A DNA stretch of 28,878 nt, from assembly GCA_031283585.1 (NCBI GenBank), contig JAITBP010000009.1, positions 1 through 28,878 of the forward strand, written 5' to 3'. Position numbers and translations under genes: made by a program. Below the pieces are notes generated by a model that was not told where the DNA came from, searched no databases, and saw only the letters and a list, made by a program, of their open reading frames with translations. This stretch comes from Puniceicoccales bacterium. GTDB taxonomy: Bacteria > Verrucomicrobiota > Verrucomicrobiia > Opitutales > LL51. Positions 11,782 to 21,307 of the stretch are shown here, one piece after another; positions within the stretch are counted from its first letter, which is position 1; every line of letters begins with the position of its first letter.

Positions 11782-12678
11782 ATGGATTTTAACACAGAGG
11801 TAATAAATTTTTTAGTAAAAAAAAAGTTAATAAAAAATGAACCCACCAATGTAGCGCTTGTTGATAATCTGAAAGATGGTTTAGCTACGTTTTTAAACAG
11901 AATTGAAACCAAAGATGATAGCATTTCTCAATTGAAATTGAATGGTGCCGGGCTGTCCATCGCCTGCGATTATTCAGCGTTTATTGATATATTGTGTGCG
12001 CATGAGTTTATGGAATTAGGCCGAAAAGAAGCTCAGGATTGTGTAATTTCAGAGCAGGAATTTTATATCGAAGCTATCTGTGCCATATTAGAAAAAGCAC
12101 TTGAAAAATTTCCGGAATTTTTATCCTATCCCCTGGATATCAACGGTGAAGCATTTTTAACAAGTGACATAAAGAAGACGTTTATGTACAATGCATTAGC
12201 GATTATAGCAAAAAGTTATCATAATGACGAAAATAACATTATATTTACGTGGATTCATCTGAAAGATTTTTCACATATAATGGAAGTGTTAGAAAAGTGT
12301 GAACAGCCGTACATAGATACCATAGTGAAGCAATTTTACATAGACTATAAAGATTTTGGTAATAAATATTCAAAATATAGCACTGAAGAAGACGACGACG
12401 AGTCGGAAGAATCAGATAAATCAGATAAATCATACGAATCGGAAGAATCATGCGAATCAGGAGAACTAGATAAATCAGTAGGATCAGAAGAATTAGAAGA
12501 ATCATGCGAACCAGATAAATCATGCGAATCAGGAGAATCAGATAAATCAGATAAATTATACGAACCAGATAGATCATGCGAATCAGAAGAGCCAGAGATA
12601 AAATCAGAAAAATCTGTAAAAAAAATTGCTCAACCACTTAATAATAAAAAGGTTAGATTCGTGTCGTCGAAAAAGTAG
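11782..12678 (+). CDS. Hypothetical protein, MDFN-family paralog 1, with repeat-built acidic Ser-rich tail and basic C-terminus
   Basis: 298-aa ORF with no recognisable domain. It shares its N-terminus (MDFNxE..FLV...LI) and a core block (FPEFLSYPLDINGEAF..DIKKTFMYNALAIIA) with the next gene. It has an AT-rich upstream region of its own. Confidence 0.75.
   Translation: MDFNTEVINFLVKKKLIKNEPTNVALVDNLKDGLATFLNRIETKDDSISQLKLNGAGLSIACDYSAFIDILCAHEFMELGRKEAQDCVISEQEFYIEAICAILEKALEKFPEFLSYPLDINGEAFLTSDIKKTFMYNALAIIAKSYHNDENNIIFTWIHLKDFSHIMEVLEKCEQPYIDTIVKQFYIDYKDFGNKYSKYSTEEDDDESEESDKSDKSYESEESCESGELDKSVGSEELEESCEPDKSCESGESDKSDKLYEPDRSCESEEPEIKSEKSVKKIAQPLNNKKVRFVSSKK
12406..12600 (+). repeat. In-frame imperfect tandem repeat inside paralog 1 (9-nt sub-units GATAAATCA / TGCGAATCA; larger period 126 bp)
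   Basis: GAATCAGATAAATCAGATAAAT(C/T)ATACGAA occurs at 12409 and 12535. TCATGCGAATCAGGAGAA occurs at 12448 and 12520. The repeat encodes SDKSDKSYESEESCESGE-type sequence. Confidence 0.85.
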
Positions 12679-12782
12679 GTAACCTAGCCATAATACAAGC
12701 ATAGGCATAAAATATTTTTATTTGTTAAAAATTAATTTATTTTTATGTTGTTTTGTTATAGAATAGTGTTCTATCTAAAACT

Positions 12783-13529
12783 ATGGATTTTAACCCAGAA
12801 TTAATGGATTTTTTAGTGAGTAACCAATTAATCTCACAGAGCGCAATTGTGAAGCATACAGATAGCCCGGACAATGGTCATGACAATGGTCTGTTTGATG
12901 GGATGATTAAAGGTAGTGTAAATAATCTTTATGGCAAAATTATAAGTAAAGATAGCAGTATTTCCAATTTGAATTTAGCCAATGGTGTGTCATCCACTTG
13001 CAAATATATGATATTATTTGGTGCTTATTACTTTCCGGAAGGCTCACATGGGAAGCCTATTGGTAGCGATGTTAATGCAGTCTATAATGCATACAGTTGT
13101 TTTATGCGTATATTAAATGCGTTTCCAGACTTTTTGTTGTATCCACTGGATATTAACGGAACAAGATTTCCCTATGAAGATATAAAGAAAACATTCCTGT
13201 ATAATATGTTAAGTTTTATAGCCGATCAGTTTAGAAAGGCTGTTGCTGATTCTGATGAAACACTAAAGGAAGCATGTATGTCCTGGCTTAATGTGGTGTA
13301 TTTTATGACTTATGTTATTGATTCTGATTATATTGGTAAAAATTGTGTGAAAGAAATTTTTATTTTCTTTTTTGTTCTTAATAATGGTTTATGGGATTTG
13401 TATATGAGCTGGTTCAGCACGAATTATTCCAGTGAGTCGGAAAATTTGAATAATTCCACCCAAGATGATTATAGCGATCCAGAGATAGATGATGATGACG
13501 ATAAGCCTAAATTTAAATTAGTGTATTAG
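12783..13529 (+). CDS. Hypothetical protein, MDFN-family paralog 2, acidic C-terminal tail
   Basis: 248-aa ORF. MDFNPELMDFLVSNQLI and FPDFLLYPLDINGTRF..DIKKTFLYNMLSFIA align with paralog 1. It ends DDYSDPEIDDDDDKPKFKLVY. Confidence 0.75.
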   Translation: MDFNPELMDFLVSNQLISQSAIVKHTDSPDNGHDNGLFDGMIKGSVNNLYGKIISKDSSISNLNLANGVSSTCKYMILFGAYYFPEGSHGKPIGSDVNAVYNAYSCFMRILNAFPDFLLYPLDINGTRFPYEDIKKTFLYNMLSFIADQFRKAVADSDETLKEACMSWLNVVYFMTYVIDSDYIGKNCVKEIFIFFFVLNNGLWDLYMSWFSTNYSSESENLNNSTQDDYSDPEIDDDDDKPKFKLVY

Positions 13530-13564
13530 ATTGACATCGGATTGGTTTTCATAGGTTAATGAAT

Positions 13565-13921
13565 GTTTTGCTGGGTGTGTGCTCGCTCGTAAAGAGAGGT
13601 ATTCGAGAGGAAAGTCCGGACATCTCATGGCGTGATTCCAGGTGAAAATCTGGGCTGCGAAATACTATTCGCAGACGGAAAGTGCAACAGAAAGTATACC
13701 GCCGAGAGGTAAGGGTGAAATGGCGAGGTAAGAGCTCACCGTGGTTGGAGTAATCCAACCAGCAATGAAAACCCAATCAGATGCAAGGCAAAATAGGCGA
13801 ATGGATTGCCAGTCCCATATTCGCGGGTTTGCCGCACTCCCCAGCGGGAGAGTGAAGTTCACTAGATAGATGAGCACATCGGCGAATGTCGAACAGAATC
13901 CGGCTTATATCCCAGCAAAAC
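13565..13921 (+). ncRNA. rnpB: RNase P RNA, bacterial type A
   Basis: The P1 stem TTTTGCTGGG (13566-13575) pairs with CCCAGCAAAA (13911-13920). Universal blocks are present: GAGGAAAGTCCGGAC (13607-13621), ACAGAAAGTATACCGCC, GGTAAGGGTGAAA, GTAAGAGCTCACC and ACAGAATCCGGCTTAT. Confidence 0.93.
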
Positions 13922-14296
13922 ATTTGATAATTTACAGCAAAAGCAAAAAAGACTTCAAAGACTTCAGGAAGCTTCGATGGCTGGGTGTGCCGTGTCACTG
14001 ATATGTTCATTTACCTATGCCCTCAACAGACTTATGCTAGCAGAGAAGCTTTTGTCTTCCATAATAAAATGGCCTGACAGCTACAACCCATTGCTCAGCA
14101 TTATGTAATACATAATAAGGAACGGAACATTTTATCCGGAATCACGAGCACCCCGGCAGGATGCAGCGTAACTAATGTTATCAAAAAATCCAGAACATTT
14201 TCTAAAAAATCTTGCAAAATCGCCTGGTTACTCAATTTTAGGCCAGGTAGGTATCGCGGTTGCAGGTGTAATCTGTATTGATGCCAACAATCAGCT

Positions 14297-17149
14297 ATGA
14301 TAGGAAGAATTTTTAGATTATTTTCGGGGCGTCACTACAAGAAATTTTTAAAAAAGTGTCAGCCGATAGTGAAATCAATATACAGGTTTGATGAGCAATA
14401 TAAGGCATTAGCAGATGGTCAGTTATGTGAAAAAACCATGGAATTCATGCAGCGGTATAAGGATGGGGAAACATTGAATTCGCTGTTACCCGAGGCCTTT
14501 GGTTTGGTTAAAAATGCTGCCCGGCGGTTATGTGGCAAAAAGATAGAGGTTTGCGGTCATGAAATAGAATGGAATATGATCCATTACGATGTCCAGTTGA
14601 TTGGAGGCATGGCTCTACATCAGAAAATGATAGCCGAGATGGCCACCGGCGAAGGAAAAACCTTGGTGGCCACATTGCCCTTATATTTAAATGCACTCAC
14701 CGGACGTAATTGCCAGCTTGCTACGGTTAACGACTACCTGGCCAAGAGAGACTCGGAATGGATGGGCTATTTGTATAATTTACTTGGTCTTTCGGTTGGT
14801 TGCCTTCAGAATGAAATGGATTCCGAGGATAGGAAGCAGGAATATGACAGGAACATAACCTATGGCACATCTTCGGAGTTTGGATTTGATTATCTGCGCG
14901 ACAATGGTATTGCCACAGCCCAGGAGGACCAGGTCCAAAAAGATCATTACTTTTGTATAGTTGACGAAATAGATTCAATTTTGATAGACGAGGCCAGGAC
15001 ACCGTTAATTATTTCAGGTCCAACCCGGAAAGAACGTAAAACGCCATTCCTTGAACTTAAGCCGGCCATCGAAAAGCTCGTTTCGCTGCAAAAATCGTTA
15101 TGTAACAAGATAGCCGAGGAGGCTTTGGCCAGGTTAACCCAGGATCAATTTGATAAAGAAGCCTATAAAAAGCTATGGCAAATAAGGCAAGGTATGCCAA
15201 AAAATCGGCAGTTGCTACGCCTGATGGAAACAGGAATATATCGTAAACAGTTGGACAAGTTTGACCTGGAGATGGGGTCCGACATAAATCGTGAACTGCG
15301 CGTGCAGATGAAAGAGGAACTGTATTTCACGATAGACGAAAGAAATCATCAGGCCGACCTGTCGGAAATGGGAAGGAATGCGCTGTTTCCAAGCAATCCA
15401 AATGCCTTTGTTTTGCCGGACCTACCGATGTTGTTTTCAGGCATAGATAGTGATAAGACCTTGGATGCCAAGGAATGCGATAGGATAAAGCGTGAGGCCG
15501 AAGAAGATTTTGCGATAAAAAGTGAAAAGCTTCACTGTGTGAGTCAATTGTTAAGGGCCTACAGCCTCTATAATATTGATGAAGAGTATGTTATACAAAA
15601 TGGTAAGGTGGTCATTGTGGATGAAAACACCGGTAGGGCAATGCCCGGGCGCCGGTGGAGTGATGGTCTCCATCAAGCCATCGAGGCCAAGGAAGGTCTC
15701 AGAATTGAGAAAGAATCCAAGACCTATGCTACCATTACGATACAGAACTATTTCAGGATGTATGAAAAGCTTGCTGGTATGACCGGTACGGCCGAAACCG
15801 AAGCCCAGGAATTTTTTGATATTTACAAGCTATCCGTAATGGCTATTCCGACCAATTGTCCCTGCCTAAGGAAAGATTCCAACGATTTGATCTTTAAAAC
15901 TCGACGCGAAAAATATAGCGCGGTGGTCGCAAGGATAAAAGAAGCCAATCAAAATCACCAGCCGGTGCTGGTTGGAACGGCGTCGGTGGAAGCCTCGGAG
16001 CTTCTCAGCAGGATGTTGAAAAGTTCCAAAATAAAACACACGGTTCTGAATGCAAAGTTTCATCAAAAGGAGGCGGAGATCATTGCAAATGCTGGGATAA
16101 AAGATGCGGTGACAATTTCCACAAATATGGCAGGCCGTGGAACGGATATTAGACTCGGTGAAGGAGTTGCAGATCTGGGTGGATTGCTTGTTATAGGCAC
16201 AGAACGCCATGAATCCAGGCGAGTGGACAGGCAATTGAGAGGACGTTGTGCGAGACAGGGTGATCCAGGGATGTCGGAATTTTATGTGTCCCTCGAGGAT
16301 AATTTGATCAGATTATTTGCTGGCTCAGGGCCGATTGCATCCATATTGGAACGTACCTTTAAGGATGGTGAAGTGTTAGAGCACCCTTGGCTGAATTCGT
16401 CGATAGAACGGGCACAGAAAAAAGTCGAGGCGCATAATTATTCCATGCGACGTAGGCTGTTACAATACGACGATGTGCTCAACAAGCAAAGGGAGATAAT
16501 CTATGCGCTCAGAAACAAGGTGCTAAAGAATGATGATATCCGGGAGATGATTTTAGATTTTATAAGTGAAGAGGTTTTTGATAGGGCGCATAGGGCCATA
16601 GGCCAGAAAAAATCCGATATCGTTGACGATGCTGAACTTGATTCTTTTGTTTATTATATAAATATGAGCTTTCCGGTGGCGATAAACAGGAAAGAGTTGG
16701 AGGAATTTGAGACTGGAGATGTGCTCGGGCAATTTGTATTTGAACGAATTAAGAATGCCTACGATGTAAAGGTTTCTGCCGAAGATGGGGAAGTTTTGCC
16801 GGAAATAGAGCGTGCGGTGGTTTTAAATTCAATAGATGAAAATTGGCAGGATCATCTTACTGAAATGGAAGAACTTAGGCGAAGTGTGAGCATGGCAGGT
16901 TATGGGCAAAAGGATCCGTTGACCGAGTATAAGCATGAGGCCTATCGTTGTTTTGAGCAACTGGTGGTTCAGATCCGTGAAGGTATATGCAAGAGGATTT
17001 TCAGAGCATCGACGAGCATCAACACCTTCAGGGATATGTTGTTAAAGTTGGCCAAAGATTGTAAGCCAGGGGATGATGCGACGGTTGAAAACCAAAAAAA
17101 ACCCAAAGCCAGCGATAGGAATAAAAAAATAAAACCATCATTTAATTAA
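14297..17149 (+). CDS. secA: Preprotein translocase ATPase SecA
   Basis: 950 aa. MATGEGKT Walker [36 protein letters not shown] and [14 protein letters not shown]. The C-terminus is Lys-rich and lacks the Cys-rich zinc tail. Confidence 0.97.
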   Translation: MIGRIFRLFSGRHYKKFLKKCQPIVKSIYRFDEQYKALADGQLCEKTMEFMQRYKDGETLNSLLPEAFGLVKNAARRLCGKKIEVCGHEIEWNMIHYDVQLIGGMALHQKMIAEMATGEGKTLVATLPLYLNALTGRNCQLATVNDYLAKRDSEWMGYLYNLLGLSVGCLQNEMDSEDRKQEYDRNITYGTSSEFGFDYLRDNGIATAQEDQVQKDHYFCIVDEIDSILIDEARTPLIISGPTRKERKTPFLELKPAIEKLVSLQKSLCNKIAEEALARLTQDQFDKEAYKKLWQIRQGMPKNRQLLRLMETGIYRKQLDKFDLEMGSDINRELRVQMKEELYFTIDERNHQADLSEMGRNALFPSNPNAFVLPDLPMLFSGIDSDKTLDAKECDRIKREAEEDFAIKSEKLHCVSQLLRAYSLYNIDEEYVIQNGKVVIVDENTGRAMPGRRWSDGLHQAIEAKEGLRIEKESKTYATITIQNYFRMYEKLAGMTGTAETEAQEFFDIYKLSVMAIPTNCPCLRKDSNDLIFKTRREKYSAVVARIKEANQNHQPVLVGTASVEASELLSRMLKSSKIKHTVLNAKFHQKEAEIIANAGIKDAVTISTNMAGRGTDIRLGEGVADLGGLLVIGTERHESRRVDRQLRGRCARQGDPGMSEFYVSLEDNLIRLFAGSGPIASILERTFKDGEVLEHPWLNSSIERAQKKVEAHNYSMRRRLLQYDDVLNKQREIIYALRNKVLKNDDIREMILDFISEEVFDRAHRAIGQKKSDIVDDAELDSFVYYINMSFPVAINRKELEEFETGDVLGQFVFERIKNAYDVKVSAEDGEVLPEIERAVVLNSIDENWQDHLTEMEELRRSVSMAGYGQKDPLTEYKHEAYRCFEQLVVQIREGICKRIFRASTSINTFRDMLLKLAKDCKPGDDATVENQKKPKASDRNKKIKPSFN

Positions 17150-17162
17150 CATTTTTGTATTT

Positions 17163-18506
17163 ATGGCTGATGATCTAGATTATTGTTCTTTTTGTGGGAA
17201 AAGTCAGCTCATGGTAAGGAAACTTGTGGCTGGTCCGGACGTGTTTATCTGTGATAGATGTGTTAAGGTGTGCATTGGAGCGCTGGCGAAGGATCTGGAT
17301 GATTTTGCATCCATTGATTTTGTTGCGAAAGAAGGAGGACGAAAGGGTTTCGATTTAAAATCGCGGTCCGATGGCCCTAGCAGTAAAGATGACGAGCTTC
17401 TTAGATTTAATTGCAAGAGCCCGAGTGAGTTAAAGGCGATTCTCGATGAGTATGTTATAGGACAAGATCATGCGAAAAAGGTGCTTTCGGTGGCGGTATA
17501 TAACCACTACAAAAGGCTTCTGACATCCGGAATTATCAGTGGTGATGATACCAGGAAAATCACCATACCGGAGGAACTGAAAGACGTGGAGCTGGAAAAG
17601 AGCAATGTGCTTCTTATCGGTCCGACTGGTTGTGGAAAGACCTTGTTAGCTAGGATCTTAGCTAAGATTCTTGACGTACCATTTGCCATAGCAGATGCCA
17701 CAACTTTAACCGAAGCCGGCTATGTGGGCGAAGATGTGGAAAACATTATATTGAGGCTCATCCAGAACGCCGATTACAACGTCAAAAAAGCCGAGTGTGG
17801 CATCGTTTACGTTGATGAAATCGACAAAATAAGCCGCAAAACGGAAAATGTTTCAATTTCAAGGGATGTTTCCGGCGAAGGTGTGCAGCAGGCTCTGCTA
17901 AAAATACTAGAAGGTACCATCTGTAATGTGCCGCCAAAGGGTGGTCGAAAGCATCCCGAGCAGGAGTATATTCAGATCGATACCAGTAACATTTTATTCA
18001 TCTGTGGCGGTGCATTTATCGGTCTGGACAAAATTGTCAGTGAGCGAGTTGGCAAAAAAATACTTGGCTTCGGAGCTGGAAAAACCGGGCGCGATGATGA
18101 TAAAAGTGACGAGGCCATTTTGAAAAAAGTTAGATCCGAAGATTTGGTGCATTATGGCTTGATTCCTGAGTTCATTGGCCGCCTACCAGTCATATCTGTG
18201 CTGGATGAACTGTCCCAGGACGATCTGATTCATGTTATGCTTGATATAAAAAATGCCATGGTAAAACAGTACGAAAAGTTGTTTGCAATGGATGGCGTGA
18301 AGTTGACTGTGGATGGCGATGCCGTGGTTTCTATCGCCAAGGAGGCGTGCAAGTTAAAGACCGGTGCCCGGGGCCTGAGATCAATTTTAGAGAGCTTTAT
18401 GGTCAATATAATGTATTCGCTTCCGTCGAGAGATAATGTCAAAGCTGTGAACATTACAAGTGATGTGGTTGAAAAAATGGCCGAACCGAAGTTTGTCTTG
18501 AAATAG
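17163..18506 (+). CDS. clpX: ATP-dependent Clp protease ATP-binding subunit ClpX
   Basis: 447 aa. N-terminal C4 zinc domain (CSFCGK ... CDRC), Walker A GPTGCGKT, Walker B VYVDEIDK, ClpP-docking loop ILGFGA (IGF equivalent), and GARGLR. Confidence 0.95.
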   Translation: MADDLDYCSFCGKSQLMVRKLVAGPDVFICDRCVKVCIGALAKDLDDFASIDFVAKEGGRKGFDLKSRSDGPSSKDDELLRFNCKSPSELKAILDEYVIGQDHAKKVLSVAVYNHYKRLLTSGIISGDDTRKITIPEELKDVELEKSNVLLIGPTGCGKTLLARILAKILDVPFAIADATTLTEAGYVGEDVENIILRLIQNADYNVKKAECGIVYVDEIDKISRKTENVSISRDVSGEGVQQALLKILEGTICNVPPKGGRKHPEQEYIQIDTSNILFICGGAFIGLDKIVSERVGKKILGFGAGKTGRDDDKSDEAILKKVRSEDLVHYGLIPEFIGRLPVISVLDELSQDDLIHVMLDIKNAMVKQYEKLFAMDGVKLTVDGDAVVSIAKEACKLKTGARGLRSILESFMVNIMYSLPSRDNVKAVNITSDVVEKMAEPKFVLK

Positions 18507-18523
18507 GGCGAAAATGGGTTGTA

Positions 18524-20047
18524 TTGCCAGGCCGATGCTGTGTTTATATGCTATTGTTTCTTATTAGCTTTTTTATGTTTATGCTACAGCAGCCTGCTGG
18601 CCACAGAGCAATTAATATTGAATCAAAGGTTCTGGAAATACGGGATTTTCTTGCAAAGCTGCCAGGTAAAATAGACATGGTTAAAGCTAGAAAACAGTCG
18701 CTGGAGTTGTTAGCTTTCAGCGCCTACCGCGAATCTCCAAGAAAAATTCGAACGGTGGTGGAGTGTCTTGAAGAATTGGTTGGGTTATCAGACACCCAAA
18801 AGGAGAAGGATAGGCATACGCTCAGGATTGCCGATGCCTATTACCTGAATGGTGACAACGAGATGGCGGCGAATCTCTATGCCCAGTTGTTTGAGAAAGC
18901 GGATAGCCTGCCAAAGGATGAATTATTATTTCGTCATGTTAACTCGATGCTGAAAAGCGGGTCATTTGAAGCCACAATATCGTTGATGGAAACGGTTAAA
19001 AAAGATCCAGATATCATTAAGTCCCAAGGCTATTGGAAGGCAGAATGGAATTTGATCTGTTCGATGGTTAAGGGTAATAAGATGCCCGAGGCCTTGAAGC
19101 GGGTTAGGGAAGTGCTGGTTCGGCCGTCATCGACACTGAACATTCGGTTGAAACTGAAATTCTCATATGTCGAGGCCTACATTTCCTACAGGTTATCTAA
19201 CTTCAATGCGGCTCGCCAGATTTTGGCGGATATTTTGAGATATGATAGCCTTGGTATGAACAGCATGGAAATGTATAACCTGTTCGCGTCGGTGTTGTTG
19301 CTATCAGGTAAAATAGATCTGTGTTATGGTATGCACAGTTCGGCTTTGGCCAAATTTAATAGGTTGAGATTGCACTATAACTCGAGCCCTTGTGCAGACA
19401 ATTCGTTTTTTTACGAAGCCGAATATATGGCCAAGCTTGGGAACTATAAAAAGGCAAGTGCCATATTGGTTTCTTTCGCAGGAAATAGGTTACACTATGA
19501 GGCCAAGTTAGCATTATACTTTTCCGTGCAATATGATATCAAGGATGGTCTTCAAAATTACGACAAATCAATGGCAATGCTGGAAGATATCGCCAAAAGT
19601 GAACTAAGTTCTGACCTAAAATATTTCGCCCGATTGGCCCAGGGAACCATACTGCGACTGCGCAATGACTTTCCCGGTGCACAGCTTTTATATGAGTCAT
19701 TGTTGGAAAAAGTAAACGATGATAGTCCGTTGTATAACTATCTGCTATTCATGAAGGCGAAGTGCATGTTTGTCCAGTCCATTAGAAGGCGTGAACTCAT
19801 CGATCAGGTTTCTCATATCCTGACACGGCTTGTCTCGACCCAACCCATCGACGAAAACCTCAGAATAGAGGTGGCCGCATTCCAAAAATTTGTCTGCGAA
19901 TCGGTTGGCGATCAAAGGGGTGCTAATGATATAACTGCTTCTATTTCAGGCAAATATAATTCAGCAGAATCCGTCAATACATTGAACGAAAATGGTAAAT
20001 ATTGGCTAACCCGTTGTATCGGCGGTGGCGTTAATCCGCTGCCTTGA
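18524..20047 (+). CDS. Hypothetical protein with N-terminal hydrophobic anchor/signal and TPR-like helical repeats
   Basis: 507-aa ORF starting 17 nt after clpX. The track start is TTG; an in-frame ATG at 18548 (MLLFLISFFMFMLQQP) is the more likely start. It has helical Ala/Tyr/Leu-rich repeats such as RIADAYYLNGDNEMAANLYAQLFEK. I recognise no catalytic motif. Confidence 0.6.
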   Translation: MPGRCCVYMLLFLISFFMFMLQQPAGHRAINIESKVLEIRDFLAKLPGKIDMVKARKQSLELLAFSAYRESPRKIRTVVECLEELVGLSDTQKEKDRHTLRIADAYYLNGDNEMAANLYAQLFEKADSLPKDELLFRHVNSMLKSGSFEATISLMETVKKDPDIIKSQGYWKAEWNLICSMVKGNKMPEALKRVREVLVRPSSTLNIRLKLKFSYVEAYISYRLSNFNAARQILADILRYDSLGMNSMEMYNLFASVLLLSGKIDLCYGMHSSALAKFNRLRLHYNSSPCADNSFFYEAEYMAKLGNYKKASAILVSFAGNRLHYEAKLALYFSVQYDIKDGLQNYDKSMAMLEDIAKSELSSDLKYFARLAQGTILRLRNDFPGAQLLYESLLEKVNDDSPLYNYLLFMKAKCMFVQSIRRRELIDQVSHILTRLVSTQPIDENLRIEVAAFQKFVCESVGDQRGANDITASISGKYNSAESVNTLNENGKYWLTRCIGGGVNPLP

Positions 20048-20050
20048 TTT

Positions 20051-21301
20051 TTAAACCTCACATACATCGGCGCCGATGGATTTTAACTTATCATTAAAAT
20101 GGTCATAGCCACGGTCCACATACCTGGTGTTCGTTATGATGGTTTCGCCTTTAGCCAATAAGCCTGCTATGTAAAGCGCTGCGCCGGCCCGGAGATCGGT
20201 TGCGGCTAGGTTATTCCCCTGTAGGTTACACCGTCCGTTTATTATTTCCGAAGTGCCATTTAATTTGATGTTCGCTTTCATTTTGACCAGTTCTGGCACA
20301 TGCCCAAATCTTTCAGGATATATTTTTTCTTCTATGGTGCTTATGCCATTGGCCTGGGTCATAAGTACTGATAGTTGGGCATGAAGGTCCGTTGGGAAGC
20401 CAGGAAATGGTGATGTGGTGATATGCATACAACGTATATGCTCGGATTTCTTAACGATGGCTTTGTCATTCTCAATTTTCATATCGGCACCGGCTTCGAG
20501 CAGAGGGGTTATCAGTGAATCCGAGTGGCTTATGCCATTTACTGTTAATTCCTTAGCGCAGGCTAGTCCAAGGATTACGAATGTTCCGGCTTCTATTCTG
20601 TCGTGGCCTATGGTAAATTCACAGCCGTGCAATTTATCCACTCCTGTGATGACCAAAGTTGATGTACCCAGGCCATCTATTTTGGCTCCCATTATTGTCA
20701 AAAATTTACATAGGCTAACCACTTCAGGCTCGCAGGCTGCACCATAAATCATCGTTTGGCCCTGGGCAAGCACCGATGCCATCAACAGGTTTGCTGTGCC
20801 AGTGACCGTTGAGCCATACCTACCTGACATGTATATCTTATTACCTACCAACGCCTTTGTGGACAGATAGATGTTTTTGTTGGTGGTCAATATATTGGCC
20901 CCAAGCATTTGAAACCCTCGAAGATGTAGATCTATGGGTCTTTCGCCTATAACACAACCTCCGGGCATCGGTATGGATACTTCGCCGGTCCTGCCAAGCA
21001 ATGCGCCCATCAAACACACCGAGGCACGTATTCTATTGACATAGGCAGAATCAACCATCGACCTTGGATTTCTTGCGTGGATTCGAAGCGTCTTACTAGA
21101 GATTGATTCAACACTAACCCCAAGATCTTTAATTAGATCTATCATGGAAGTGACATCACTAAGTGACGGCACGTTTTTAATAACACAAGGTTCAGCTGTC
21201 AATAAACATGCTGCCAAAACCGGTAAACAGGTATTTTTTGACCCACTTACATCTACAGACCCATGCAAAAGTTTCCCACCGGAAATTTTTACAGTATCCA
21301 T
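20051..21301 (-). CDS. murA: UDP-N-acetylglucosamine 1-carboxyvinyltransferase
   Basis: 416 aa. LHGSVDVSGSKN, the active-site loop PMPGGCVIGERPIDLH, and overall EPSP-synthase-fold MurA similarity. Confidence 0.95.
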   Translation of the reverse strand: MDTVKISGGKLLHGSVDVSGSKNTCLPVLAACLLTAEPCVIKNVPSLSDVTSMIDLIKDLGVSVESISSKTLRIHARNPRSMVDSAYVNRIRASVCLMGALLGRTGEVSIPMPGGCVIGERPIDLHLRGFQMLGANILTTNKNIYLSTKALVGNKIYMSGRYGSTVTGTANLLMASVLAQGQTMIYGAACEPEVVSLCKFLTIMGAKIDGLGTSTLVITGVDKLHGCEFTIGHDRIEAGTFVILGLACAKELTVNGISHSDSLITPLLEAGADMKIENDKAIVKKSEHIRCMHITTSPFPGFPTDLHAQLSVLMTQANGISTIEEKIYPERFGHVPELVKMKANIKLNGTSEIINGRCNLQGNNLAATDLRAGAALYIAGLLAKGETIITNTRYVDRGYDHFNDKLKSIGADVCEV

Positions 21302-21307
21302 ATGTTT

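Noticed and set aside
12245-12637. 130-aa minus-strand ORF antisense to the acidic repeat
   Set aside because: Its Leu/Ile-rich repetitive translation is the mirror image of the GAA/GAT/TCA repeats. The plus-strand frame is continuous with the conserved paralog core.
13549-14010. Three minus-strand ORFs (70-77 aa)
   Set aside because: They overlap the RNase P RNA gene, which is identified from multiple universal sequence blocks and its P1 stem.
20045-20053. Convergent stop codons of the TPR-like gene and murA are only 3 bp apart, leaving no room for terminators
   Set aside because: The observation is real, but such packing is common in compact genomes. It shows no independent structure worth following up.
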